Source: Yuukianura sp. NJ FZ-2021 (lineage: Eukaryota). From it: DNA of 64,000 nucleotides. Numbering within the stretch: the first letter of the stretch is position 1; the number at the start of each line of letters is the position of its first letter. The DNA lies in assembly GCA_046563655.1 (NCBI GenBank), contig CM102289.1:4650001-4714000 (forward strand), in the 5' to 3' direction. Shown here one piece after another: positions 51,282 through 64,000 of this stretch. Both the position numbers and the translations under genes were made by a program. Below the pieces are notes generated by a model, which saw only the letters and a program-made list of their open reading frames with translations, did not search any database and was not told where the DNA came from.

Positions 51282-52414
51282 TCAAGGAATTTTTCTTCCT
51301 CCGCGGCGGCCGTTGAACGTATAGTTCTTCTGAGCAGCCTTTCCAAACTAAAGTTTAACAAAAAAAGCCGGAAATTAAAAAGTCATAATAACGATTTTTC
51401 AATTTCTAAAAATTAAAAAAAAAGTTCTACCTCAGAGTGCGAAGCGGGAGTAATTTTTCCAAAAGTCGACAGTGGAATAGGGATGAGGAAACTCTGAGCG
51501 GGGTACGCCGAATGGCTGAAGAGTGGCGAATCCATTGCAAACAACCAGTTGTAAGCGTGTGCAGCAGTACCTTAAATTCAAATTCACGCTTAAGAACAAG
51601 TCGGAAGGACTAATTGAAAATGATGTGAATAACCAAACATTATAATGCTGACCATGGTTCGCTTTGTCGTCCGTTGTTTCCGGAACGATTCCAGTGAAAC
51701 GAGTCGTGTGAGCAACAAATCCAGTTGGAGCTGGAACGACGAGAAGTGGAACTTCCTCTTCTTCGGCACTCGGAAGGACAACTTCCGAGTCATCCGCATG
51801 CTCAATGCTCACTCCGTTTGTTTGTGGGTGACGGATTGTCACATCCGAGTTTGCGCCGATTCTGGCAGCTTCTTTTGCGTAAGTGGCCAGGAACTTTTGT
51901 TTTGCTTCGGTGACGGCCGGAGTATCTCGTGGTGGCAAATGGTCCCCTACTGCATGGAAACCTCCTGCGTCTGCGCCGTAGCTGACATTGATGACTTTCC
52001 CCTCGGGGTCTCTGTAGGAGTACTTGCCCTCCACAGTTCCATCAGCATGTCGCCGCTCCTCCCGACTCGAATCCACCGAAGAGTAACCGAACCTACACAG
52101 CGACCACGACCCTTTTTCGTCATTTGATCTTTTCAAAAGCAAAAACGCTAAATAGCAAATTACTTGGAAAATCAGACTTACACGTATTGCCCGTCGACAG
52201 GGTTGACGTCCATGAAGTGGATGAGAGCTGGTGCTTGGCTGTACTGCCTAGGGTAGGCGGAAGTGGACGTTAAGGCCACAACAAGCACCTTGACAACGGG
52301 TAGGAACAAGTTCCTGAAGGGCGCTCCAGCGGGATTTCCCTGTCCAAATTCATTCACGTCAAAAACAATCACTTCCTCCAAATACTCACAAACAACGCAC
52401 AAAATGGCCCACAT
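51282..52414 (-). CDS. Cuticular protein with R&R chitin-binding domain (CPR family)
   Basis: Signal MWAILCVV...; YRFGYS...REERRHADGTVEGKYSYRDPEGKVINVSYGADAGGF; DTPAVTEAKQKFLATY motif; last exon ends GGRKIP-TGA. Confidence 0.88.
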
Positions 52415-54721
52415 ATATTGAACAAGAAAAACGCCGAAGCGAAACCAGTCCACCAGCGCCTCCGCGCCTGCGTAAAACTTCTCCCTCATCTTAAAAACTC
52501 TAAAACAAGTTCGCCGGACATCACCGAAACCGTTGTATTGCTACTCCAGTCACAGACTACAGTCAAAACAAGAACAAAGAAGATGTGTTTTCGATTTTGG
52601 TCGTTGTGTTCCAAACGGAAAGTTTTGACGCCTTTTTAGAACACGGAATTTGGGTTCTGTGTTAAAAATAAAGAAAACAAGGACAAGTTCATGTCCACTC
52701 TGACTTTAAGTTCAAGTAAAAATGGGAAATGGTTTTGTTTTTCTTTGCCTATCGTGAATGAGGGCAAGGGATTCCTTGGGGCAGTGAGTTTATGGCTGAC
52801 TGCCGTCACAAACAACAAAAAGTGACCTTTGCCAATGCCAATCGTCCACCCAAAAGGAAAACTTACTTACTTAAGATGAGTCGGTAAGTTGAGCCATTGG
52901 GACGCTCTGCCGTTATTTATTACTCTGCCGTTGCAGTTTAGATTTTTGAAACCTAAACCCAACAACCCTCGATTTTGTACAGAGAGAGTGTTATGCACGT
53001 AAGCATACACTCTGCAATCCCCAAACGTTCATTTTGTTCAAGTTAGATTAGTTTACTGAGGCTAACTAACCTAGCCTGTCCAGTATTGACGCAAGTTACC
53101 GAAATGCGTTCTGAATGTTTTCCAATGAAAATGTGCCGAAATTTATTAGGTTGAACTAATAAACTAATCGTAAACCTAGAGGTTACCAAAAACTGCTTCT
53201 GCATCCTCGGCGTCATCTCGATTTGTAGAGTCCTTCAACGTTTCAGTTCCGGAGTTATTGTTTGAATGTTGAGCCTTCGGATGTGAATAGACAAGTGACT
53301 TCGCTTGGTGAAGATGATGAAGACAATCGATTATGATTTGACGGAATAAAAATTGCGTCTTTTTTTTCAGTTTCCTGCTGCCTCATTGGGTTCGCACTTA
53401 AACGCATTAGGAAGAACATTCTGATGCTTGAAATCTTCATATCCCGCAGGGAAGCGACGCCTGCGTGGTACCAGCCCGAATAATGGGAGCAATCAACTAA
53501 TGGACCCTGGCCAAAACCGACAAACGCCATCAGTCACTCTCCTCTCTCCAAAATCCATTAGTCAGCATTCTACTGCTCACAAGAAGCTTATTCTTACCTT
53601 TCAAATTATGCGCCAGTGGTCATTTCAAAAAAAGTGAAAAGAATAAATTGGTAGGTACAAGAGGAACAAATTGTCAGTCGAAATGGAATTGAACAATTAG
53701 GGTATATGTTGTCAAAAATCCAATCTCCAGTGGCAAAAAAAAAATGCAATCCAAAAGATTCTTTGAAAAGTGTTCGCAATTTCACAACCAATTTAATTTT
53801 TTGTAGCATGGAATTTCATTCCATTAAAACCGCAAAACTGTTTTATTATGAATTCAAATTGTTTTAAACTTAAGGCTGTCAATCATATGAGAAAAAAGAA
53901 AGACTAAATGATAAGTGAAGGCTTTTTAGACTTCGGTTTTCGCTGTTTGAAAACTTGCTGGTAAATCCACGCCTGCGTAAAATAATTAATGGTTTATTCC
54001 AAGAAGGTGAACCTATATTCGAAGGCCTTCGAATATCCGAAAAAAAAAATTAATGAAAAAATACATGAGAAAGTTCATGGAGAAAGTTCAATGAAAATAG
54101 TTCGTGATTAATTACAAGGAAGAATTAATATCACGAACTTAACTCCTTAATTAAGTTAATTTTAATGGGGAGAGAATTCTTATAGCAGTTGAATCGTCTT
54201 CGCCATGATATCTAATCCTCCGAAAAGCAAAAAACGTTGATTGGCAATCCGACGTCAGGTTAAAGTCCAAACCACTTTTTCCAACATTTATTGTTGCTAA
54301 TGTAACTACTATTGCTAAAGTTGCCTACTATGCTAATGTAAAAGTCTAGTATTGTAGTCAATGGTGGCGTTTCACTAGTCCAGCATAGCTACAAAAACAG
54401 GAAATTCCGGTTTCAGAGGCTCCGAAAAGTGGATTTTATGTAATTTTTACGAGAGTTTCATTTACAAGTTTATTTCTTTTCGTTTCCAGAGGCGATTGAG
54501 GTGGTTTGTCGACAGACTCGAAGACTTGGGAATCACACGCACTTGTCCGCTGTCTTTTGCCAATCTCTTAATTCGATGATACTGGTGACCAAGATTTCAG
54601 AAACTAGTTGCTGACGAGGATATAAATCATTCGTACGCCGAAAACGGGTAGTTCAATCGTCAAAGATCCGTTTGTCTGTCTGGTCGTGATTTGTGCTTTG
54701 AATAACAAGCCCATCTCAACC

Positions 54722-55889
54722 ATGCATCTCTCCAAATTCGCTTCCCTTTCCGTGGCAGAAATCCACGACTCTACGGAAGTGCAGAATTGGCTTCAACATG
54801 AAGCAAGAGCGTTCCTCGTTCCATACTTGGAGTCTATCGATTGTTGGGCGAACGGTGAGGACATTGTTCTGCAAAACTGTGGAACAGGGAAACACTTTGT
54901 GGAGCCATTGCAACCCTATGTTCAGAAGAAAGGGCACACGGTGTATGGTCTGGACAAAAGCCCCAGCATGATTGCGCATGCGCAGAGAGACTGCCAACTA
55001 CCGAACTTCAAGTGGGTTAACAAGGAACTGAGCAACTGGCGGGATTCGAAGAACTCAATTTTGCCGCCAAGGAAACTCATGTCACTCCACTCTCTCCATA
55101 CTGTCACCGACTTGGGGTAGGTTAGCGAACTTATATTTACTTCGAAAATTGAAACCATAACATAACATATTCGTAGGGCTGAATTCAAAACGTGGTTCGA
55201 CACTTTGTTCTACGACGGTAAGGTGTGGGGAATGGTTTTGGCGGAATCAGACATCTACAGATTGCTCTCCCATCTCAAAGCTCATCAAGCATTCGAAGGA
55301 ACAATTGGAAAGGTAAGCATTGCGAATCAGTGACGATGCGATGATGCGAACTGTATGCTCTAATATTTTCCGCAGGGCGAAGTGACGTCTCTCTATGCTG
55401 CTTTACTGAATTTGTTGTAATAATGTCCATCTTGTATAACTTAGGATCTGGACATTCCCCCTTGGGCAGACAGCAGAACGGATCCGCGGGAGATGTACGT
55501 GAAAGCTCTGGAAGAAGCAGGATTTCAAGACATAAATGTGGAAGTACAAAGCGGGAACTATAAATTCCCTACATTTGAAGCTCTACTCTGTAAGATACTG
55601 CATAATTATAACTGGAATTGCAGTGCTAACTTTTGTTCTTCCGTTATGTGAATGAATAGATACAGTTGTGGCACTCTACCCTACGATTTTTGAAAAACAC
55701 ATGAAGGATTCTGTGGACTGGGAAGCCTTTGCTGAAGCGTGTTTCAAATTCTGGAAAGCGACCGTAGGAAGTCCGACTTCATTTCACTACAAAACACTCG
55801 TTTTTAGCGCTGTAAAACCGAAACCATGGGAGGAAGTTGCTATCGGAACGGAACGTAGCAGTGGTGGAGGAATTTCAACGTCAAAATAA
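54722..55889 (+). CDS. SAM-dependent methyltransferase, JHAMT-like (4 exons)
   Basis: Degenerate motif I (VLQNCGTG), YGLDKSPSMIAHA, SLHSLH, LEEAGF and YKTLVFSAVKP; TATAAA at ~54621. Confidence 0.7.
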
Positions 55890-56165
55890 AAGTTTCCTTG
55901 GATTAAACTCCAATGTTCAACTTTCTTTGTTCCATATTTACTTGGAATAAATGCTGACAAAGTCGAAAGTGTTCAATTAACCATAAGCGAAATGCTCTCG
56001 TACTTTTTCTTTTGTGGTATTTTGGAGAAAAAACTGCGTTTAAGGCAAAGGGACACACTACAGATCTGTGTTCCCAGCACATTCGAATGATTAGGTCCTA
56101 ATTTGAAGAAAATTTGGGCGTCGAATACTTGGGTTTGTATTGGGCAGTAGTTAGAAGAAACAACT

Positions 56166-57012
56166 TCATTTTTCCAGAGTAGGAAGACCAAAGTGGTGTG
56201 ACTGGAAGTTGAGCAGCGATGGAATGACGACTGTTGGATTCTCAGAAGTAGGATCAAGCAGCGTCAAATCTGGAACCCAAACAACTTGCATACCCGCTGC
56301 CAACCCAGCTTGAACTCCGTGGCGTGAATCCTCAAAAACAAGAACCTAAATTCCATAAAAGTGTAATTACATGCCAGCTTCTCTTTTGAATTTAATATAC
56401 ACAGTTCCATGTTTTATTTTCCTTACGTCTTTCATTTGCGCCGGAGGATTTTGAAATCTGCGCGCTGCCACCAGGAAAGAGTCCGGCGCAGGCTTGCCTC
56501 GCTTCACTTCGGGGTCATCTGAAGCTAGAACGACATGGGCAAAAAGATCAAACACGTCGTCCTTCCCACGTGTCTTCAGTAGGAACGTTTCCTTCTTGCT
56601 ACTCGTCGCCACTGCCTGCGGAATACCATGACGATGAAAATGCTTGACCAGTTCAGCGGCTCCCGGCATGAAGTCCACATTCTGGAAAACCTGGTGGTAC
56701 TCTACATTCACTTCCCGAAGGAACGTGGCTGTGTCCAGTGGCAATGAGCTTTCGCTAATGATGATTCGGGCACCAGCCTCCGCTGTACGACCCATAACAT
56801 TACGTTTAGTATCAGCAGTGTACACGCATCCATATCGCTCACATACAGTGGAGATGGCAACACTGTACAGCTTCTCAGTGTCTGCAAAAAGGCAGTAAGA
56901 TGATATCAAGTGAAATTGTAAAATATAGACCAAATAAAATTTTACCCAGGAGCAGGCCATCCATATCCCAAATGACGTGCGTCACTGGATGAAAAGTAGA
57001 ATTGGACCCCAT
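56166..57012 (-). CDS. PUDP: HAD-family pseudouridine-5'-phosphatase (HDHD1/PUDP/Gs1-like, 3 exons)
   Basis: [59 protein letters not shown] and FGLP. Confidence 0.88.
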
Positions 57013-58674
57013 ATGTTTCTAGTGGTTAGCAAACGTAAGGCACGGTGTTTAGATGATTGAAGTTGCTGGTACCGAGGAGGACGGCGTAACTCTAAGGTAA
57101 GGTAACTCTAAGGTAACTCTTGACAGAATTGCTTTACGTTAGTTTACTTCAGTTAACTAAAAGAATCTAAATCTCAGTTGGAACTAAACTTTTGTGTGGC
57201 TGCAGATGCAGTTAGACTAAAAGTTGTTTGAGTTAGATTCTCTTCCTCCGCAAACCGCAAGGGCCCAAGAGAAAGGAATAACCTTGACCTGCTTTTCTCC
57301 GGGCGAATGGTGACGAAGGCGATGAACAAATGAATATTCCACTCACAACCTACTTTCTCATCCAAATCTTTCCCTTTGAGTAGGCATGTTAAGCTCCAAG
57401 CCCAAAAACCATAAGCTTTTCAAGGTTACACAAAAGCGGCACACCAGAATAAGAGATTCCGTGATGACCTTTGAAGGTCAAGACCGTTTGCATATCACAT
57501 AACTACGATGCTGGCTTTCGGACTTAACTAGTCACAAAAATCCTCCTATCTCTGTTTTTCACTAACTCAACGTAATTCAAGTTATTAAATAACCCCGAAT
57601 TCATTCGATAGTTCAATTTGAGTTGTCATCGAAAAACTTTCGAATAATTCATTTCCTAGCACAACCACGCCTAGGTTTTTCTTTTAAAAACTTTGACCGG
57701 TGACTTTCTTTTTGGAAAATCTTACAATGTATGTTCACTCTATTGGTTGAACAACTGTAAGTGATAAATTGTAAACGTTTCACAAGAAAAATGATTTAAA
57801 AAATGTAAATTTTAAATATTAAATATTGTTCGTTTATTGTATTTATTCAAAACTATTTGCAACAAAAATGAACGATAGAAAAATGTTGGAAGTAAGTAGA
57901 ACTGGAAGTGTCAAAACATGTTGTAACTAGTTAATTTCCAGTTATAAATTTCTCTCCTTGGAACATTAAAAAACGTTACAACTTTTTAGCATCTCCTGAA
58001 TTTGAACTCGTCAACACAAAAACGATTGGAGGTAAGGATTTTAAGCCGTTTCATATACGAACATTTTGAAAAGAGTAAGAAGTAAGTAACCGCCGACTGC
58101 TTAATTTTCAAGCTTCATACATGTCTAAAAATTATAATTATTTTTTTTCAAAATACACAACTTTCCTGCCCATCTTACGTTCGAACTAAGCAAAAAATTG
58201 AAAGAAAGAAAAGACAGAATTGGCTTTGATCGCATGGAGTACTTTGTACAAGCTCCAGTTGAATATTAAGTCACTCCAACCAACCCTTCAGGCCAGTTTT
58301 TGCAACTTGGCGAAGGTAACACTTCAAATGTGCTCTGTGTCTTCATTTCTTTCGTTTATGGTGAATCCTGTCTCATCCAAAACGCTTCCCTGTCTCCCTG
58401 ATTTCGTTTTAGTTTTAAAAGTTACAAAATGAACAAAAAGTAACACAGTTACAAAAATTTTAACATTTGCTGGTTGAGAATGCAGCATGATGATGATGAA
58501 TATCTAGAAATTATTTAAAGAACAATACAGGATGAACTCCATTCTCTCTCATACTATGATTTACACGTCGTATAAAAAAACACGAAGGTCTTCCTGTATT
58601 TGCTATACTATCTCCGTTTCTGCGAGATTGTGTTAGATTTATTTTACAAACCAGTTACACTGTTCGGAATGAAA

Positions 58675-61600
58675 TTAATAGTGGTCGAATCCGGGCATTG
58701 GGAACTTCGTGGCAAATTTCGCCACCTCCCCCTTCAACGCCTCAACGGTCTTGAGTGTGGCAGGGTCCGTGGCTAGGAATTCCTTGAAGTCCTTCAACTT
58801 ATCCGTCTTGGACTTGACGTCGAGGGCAATAGCCACAGCCTGGTCCAGGAATTTCGCAACTACTCTGAAGTCATCTTCTTTGAAGTTACGGGATGTCAAG
58901 GCAGGAGTACCTACACAAGTGAAATAGACGTTCAGCCTTCAGTAAACAGCGTATAATTTTGGATAGATATTTTAGTTGAGTAGGAAGTGTCACTGTCACC
59001 TAGTCTAAGGCCACTGGGGTTTAGAGCACTCTTGTCGCTGGGGCAAGTGTTCTTGTTGGCTGTGATATTTACTTTGTTGCACACCTCCTCCACTCGAGCA
59101 CCATCTAATCCCTGTTGAAATCCAATAGTTTTTTTTATCCCATTTAGAAGCTTCTCAACGACCTTGTAATGATGAATGATTCAGAAAACTTTGTTACCTT
59201 GGAAGCCTTGAGGTCGACGAGGAAGAGGTGGTTGTCAGTGCCACCAGAAACTACTTTGTATCCCATTTGCGTCATCTCAGCAGCAAAAGCTTTGCAGTTC
59301 TTCAGAACCTGCTCCTGATACTCCCTGAAGTGGGGTTCAGTTGCCTAAACAGAGAGAACAATTTGGAATTCAACTTGGCGAGGTTTTGTTGCTTAAACTT
59401 GTCAAATTCAATTCGGGTATCTGCAACATTGCACTCAATAAGATGACTTGCCTGTTTGAGGGCAACTGCCACTCCAGCAATGCTGTGCATGTGAGGTCCA
59501 CCTTGAATGTGCGGGAAGACGGAAAAGTTGATGTTGTTCTCCAAGTCGTACTTGATCTCCTTGCCAGTTTTGACATTTTTACGTGTCCCTTTACGGTAGA
59601 AGATGAGTCCAGCTCTAACTCCGCGCAATGTCTTATGTGTGGTTGTCGTTACCACATCAGAGTAGTCAAATGGAGACGGAATGACTTTCGCTGCCACGAG
59701 CCCGCTAATGTGAGCCATATCTGATAGGAGGTAGGCACCAACTTCGTCACAGATTTCACGGAAGCGAGCGTAGTCCAAGAGACGACTGTAGGCTGAGTAG
59801 CCAGCGATTATGACCTTGGGGCGGAAGAGGCGGGCGTTGGCATGAAGTGTCTCGTAATCGATGAGACCTAAACACAAAAATATGTTCTTAAGAAGAAAAA
59901 TTCCGGTTTCTCAGTTACAAACGTTTCACGAATCACGAGACGAAAATAAATGGAAATGTTCGGTATAATAAGAACCTGTGTTGACATCTAGTCGATAAGG
60001 CATGGATTCGAAGTAGACGGAAGTGGCTGAAATTCGTTTGGTGTCAGTCATAAATCCATGTGTCAAGCTGATGAGTAACAAAAGTTCAAATTAAGAAATG
60101 AGACGGAAGAATGAGAATGAAAATGAGTAAAAAGTAACTTACTGTCCACCGTGTGGCAAGTCCAGGCCCATGATTCTGTCGTGTGGTTTCATGAGAGCAG
60201 TGTAAGCCTCAAAGTTGGCTGGCGACCCAGAGTACGGCTGGACGTTGCATCCCCACTCTGCCGGGTCGAGAGAGAAAGCTTCAAGGGCTCTCTTCTGACA
60301 CAAAAGCTCCAGCTTATCCACCACCTCGGTACCTCCGTAGTATCTGGCTCCTGGGTATCCTTCGGCGTACTTGTTGTTCAAGCAGGAACCCATCGCTTCC
60401 AAGGAGGCTCTGCTCGCAAAGTTCTAATTAATTCAAAAAAGAAGAAACAGAATTCTCATCTGATTGTAGAAGGGCGTCGAACTAAAAAATTGCTCAATTG
60501 ACAACTGACCTCCGATGCGATGAGCTCCAGTCCAGCGAGTTGTCGTTGTTTCTCCTCTTGCACCAAGTTCCAGATTTCAGGATCATCCTGACTCAATGGC
60601 TCTTGGCCAGTCCAAACTTTCTTGTCGCTAGACATGTTACGAATGGCAAAGGAGGCAGAAGACAAATTCAGTTTCCTGTAACACAGTTGCTGAACCTAAA
60701 ATCAAAGAAAGGAGAATGAGTACAACGCTCTTAAACTAAACAATATTAGAGGTCATGGGAGTGGACTCCGCGATCCGAAGTGTGAGAGTGTGAAACTGAT
60801 GACACTGCTAAATTGGGTAATAATCTACTCATGTCGGTTCACCCCTTACCCAATGCTATTCAATCTCAATGATAATCCCTGTTCTGCTTATAAGATAGGT
60901 TATAATCCTGACACTGACACAAGCAGAAAGTTGAGAACAAAGCTTAGAAGTAAAGCAAGGAAAAAGGTTGAAGGTCATTAGACCAGTTTTAGTAAATTCA
61001 AGAGATTCTTATATCAGCTTCTGCTAGGAAAAATGAATTTTCATAAGCATAGCACATGAATGGAATACAGGCTTAAGTTGTTTAAGCTTATAAGATGCTG
61101 CCCAAAATAAATGTTTTCAGTCCTCGGTATTGGAATAGGAATCAAACCACAAAAAGGCAAGAGACATGGCGGACGGAATCCACTGACCCGATGATATAAA
61201 CAAAGTTGCATAATTTCCAATTCCAACCTGTCTCCTTAAACTGGTTCCTGGTACACTTCACGCCGTTCACGAGGTGATAATCGGTAGAACAATTACTTAC
61301 TAACTTACAGGATTATTATGATTTTGCACAATAATCAAACACCAGTAAACGACAAAACCATAATAAGAAATGCCGGTGGACGGGCACAGCAATATCAACA
61401 AGTGATTGTAAAGTGCGGGGGACACTAATTCGCTGATTGCTCGGATTTTCCTTTCTACATTTAAGACAACGAATATAAATGGCGACAAATTGAAATCGTA
61501 TGTATGGATTGCTTCATTATTGTTTCCATTCTAGCCCGATTGATTGGCAGAACCCAAATATAGTGAAAAGTGGAAACTCAGAAACATCGATTTTTGATTT

Positions 61601-61813
61601 TGATCTAATATTTGCTTTTGCACAAAACATTTAAAATACCTCGTTTCCAATCACTAAATCGTTTCTGTAATAACTAGGAGCTAACAGGTGGTAAATGGCT
61701 ACACTAGAAATCGTAATTAGAGTTAATTATTGTTTGAATCAGGAGGAGTAGCTTACCGACGACGTGTTGGAGTGGAGTCTGACGAAAGTAAGAGCCTGCT
61801 GAAGAGCCCGCAT
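58675..61813 (-). CDS. SHMT: Serine hydroxymethyltransferase with predicted mitochondrial presequence
   Basis: [48 protein letters not shown]-lysine motif [15 protein letters not shown]; predicted first exon 61757-61813 ([19 protein letters not shown]|gtaagc). Confidence 0.95.
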
Positions 61814-62452
61814 TGAGTCGCCGTCTCGGAAGTAGCGATGGAGGATTAAGCAAGTGGTGGGGAAGACTGGACAGGGGATTAACGAAGAGTTGAGAAATCA
61901 TGCAAGTCACAATCCTCACCACTATCAGGACTTTTGACCTCATTGGTCAACTCCAGTCACAAGGTCATTCCAGTGAAACTATCCAACCAACAAGTTCCCA
62001 AAATGATTTAGGAATCCTAAATTAGGATCTTAAGGATGATGCAAAAAATATTGCAAGTAGAAATGACGCGTGACTGGCCAGGCCACCGCTCCAAAAAAAA
62101 GGCATGAACAAAAGTGGGGACTGAAGTAAGCTTTAGCAGTTCTTGATGACACTTCTTGACACTTGACATGGGTGAGATGACAAGTGACCGATATTTGATC
62201 TTTGTTTTCTTGAGTGCTTGCCAAATATTGGCATAACGACGAGTGGACTCAAGGGAAAGCATGTGTGGGTAGTTTTGGAAGTGGATGTAGTAGGCCACCA
62301 TTTCCGTTCTCATAAGGCATGCATTGTCCAGCTTAGTGGCAGTCTCTGCATTTATTTCTCTTTCACAAGGCTATAAAAGAGCCCTGCGTAATTTGAGGCC
62401 TGGTTAGACTGAATACAGTTCTTCATGAGGTCAAGTGGGTCATGAGCACGAC

Positions 62453-63235
62453 ATGAGTCGCTTCCTGGTCTGGGCACTCTTCTTACAGACCATTTTCTGC
62501 CTCCATCTCACAAACAAACATCATCGTTGGATCCCAGTGCACGGTCCATACGGTCGTATCACTCCGGACAAGTTAAGGGGCACGCTCACACTGTCTCCAA
62601 GCAAGAATTACTTCAAGCACAACGAGAAATTTACTTACCCAACTTCAGTTCCTCCAACTTGGTTTGAAACAAAAAATGGATCCAGCAGGAAAAAGTATTT
62701 GGGACGCCTCCAAATTCAGCAGTCATTCAAAAGTAACCAATTTCTGGTTCCGTCTTTAAGTTCCAGCTTGAACAAGCTCCCAAGCAAGGAGAAGGAATGC
62801 AAGGGGCTGGACAACCTGATAGGCGACATTGGAATCATGAGCTACGTCCTAGGTCTCGTGGGCACAATGAACGGATTCTTCACTCTCCTTGTCGGCTTCG
62901 TTAGTCAAATCCAGACATTTCTCAGCACGTACTTCGTCGGTGTGCCCAGTTCCATGCTCACGCTCAACACATTCTTCGGAGATCCATCGGCCATTCCATC
63001 GTGGTTCGTCAACGCCGTTTCTTGGTTTGGAATCGTTGACACTTTCGTCAACATCACGTTCGCCAATAACGTCAACGGTCTCGTGAACTTGTTCAGTATT
63101 CTGGGGGCCATCTTCTCCTTTGTGAGCTTGTACATCGGCGTCGCGTCAACTTTCCCAACGGCTGTCAAGTACGTGTTCAAGGAACTGCTTGGCGCAGATC
63201 TAGAAACACTTTTCGCCAACTACGGATGCCCATGA
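62453..63235 (+). CDS. Intronless uncharacterised protein with signal peptide and hydrophobic C-terminal half
   Basis: 260-codon ORF from ATG 62453; TATAAAA at ~62372; signal-like MSRFLVWALFLQTIFCL. Confidence 0.65.
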   Translation: MSRFLVWALFLQTIFCLHLTNKHHRWIPVHGPYGRITPDKLRGTLTLSPSKNYFKHNEKFTYPTSVPPTWFETKNGSSRKKYLGRLQIQQSFKSNQFLVPSLSSSLNKLPSKEKECKGLDNLIGDIGIMSYVLGLVGTMNGFFTLLVGFVSQIQTFLSTYFVGVPSSMLTLNTFFGDPSAIPSWFVNAVSWFGIVDTFVNITFANNVNGLVNLFSILGAIFSFVSLYIGVASTFPTAVKYVFKELLGADLETLFANYGCP

Positions 63236-64000
63236 AAAAGGAGCGGAAGGGCGCAGCTATTTCACACACAAACAGTTTATTAAAACACAAACAAATTGTC
63301 CAAAGGTGAAAAGCAGACTGACTACCCAGGGCGGGAAGTAACTATCAATAAATCAATCCAATTCCAACCGGAGTTGGAATGTAACTGTTGAAATTCAAAA
63401 ATAAATCCACTTACAAAATGATAAAATGGCCACTACTACTTACGTAGTACTGGGAAATCTCATATTTTGAAACTGTGTTGGAAGTTGGAAGCGCTAATTG
63501 GAGTGAGCACTCAAAGGACGATACTTACGCACTAAATAGGTTTAAGAAGTAGTATTTCAAATAGTTGAACACACAAAGCCTCCAAAAGTGCTTGATTTCA
63601 ATGCCAAACTGAGAAGACGAAGTCCTTTTTTCTTTTTTCTTTTTTTTTACCAAAGTCCAGATGACCTTCCACCTATACAACAAATCCAAAATTTTTTAAT
63701 AATTAAATGATGTTTGTTTAACTTATCTTGTTGAATTTGTGCGCTGTTGCCTAACCTGGTGGATTTCGAACGCGAATTGTAGTTCTCTGCTGCTCCAAAA
63801 CTGCAAACATAAAAAACAATTACATTCTGGTAAAGCGTAAATAAATTAGATTTTGAAAGAGAAAATTGATGATAAATAGAGGCGGTGAAAAATGGTTTTT
63901 AGTTGGAAAAGACGAAAATTCGGGATTTGAAAGCGATAAAGAAGGGCAAAGTAAAAGTGAGGCCCTGAATGTGGTGGGAATTACTTTGATTGAACAATTT

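Noticed and set aside
53255..53809. Short ORFs between the cuticle protein and methyltransferase genes
   Set aside because: No homology cues or splice structure.
4915..61813. SLC19 transporter plus SHMT as a folate-pathway cluster
   Set aside because: More than 50 kb apart with many unrelated genes between, and the transporter substrate is unresolved.
63720..63805. Possible terminal exon of a minus-strand gene starting beyond the window
   Set aside because: Only an acceptor-like site and a short frame; not enough to call.

Overview
Eukaryotic, AT-rich, gene-dense window with short GT-AG introns. The gene content is arthropod-like; I infer a springtail-type hexapod but cannot prove it. The left third (1-24.4 kb) is a three-copy tandem array of a head-to-head cassette, an ankyrin-repeat TRPA-type channel (minus strand) plus a stand-alone acyl-CoA-binding protein (plus strand). 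An SLC19 transporter and several non-autonomous DNA transposons are interspersed, and one transposon appears to have supplied a new start codon to TRPA copy 1. The rest holds a DM4/DM12-like protein, a DUF4803/Orion-like protein, INPP5E, several orphan membrane or secreted proteins, EI24, a cuticle protein, a JHAMT-like methyltransferase, a pseudouridine-5'-phosphatase-like HAD hydrolase and a probably dual-targeted SHMT. The most striking feature is a 13-exon gene at 39657-43371 encoding signal peptide + Cys-rich module + microbial-type GH17 beta-1,3-glucanase-like domain lacking both catalytic glutamates + TM helix + PDGFR/VEGFR-like tyrosine kinase with a non-RD loop. It is a candidate glucan-sensing receptor tyrosine kinase. 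Tail-to-tail with it is a bacterial-type amidinotransferase-superfamily gene with an intronless CDS and a predicted 5'-UTR intron, a likely horizontal transfer. All family calls come from motif recognition by eye; no searches were run.
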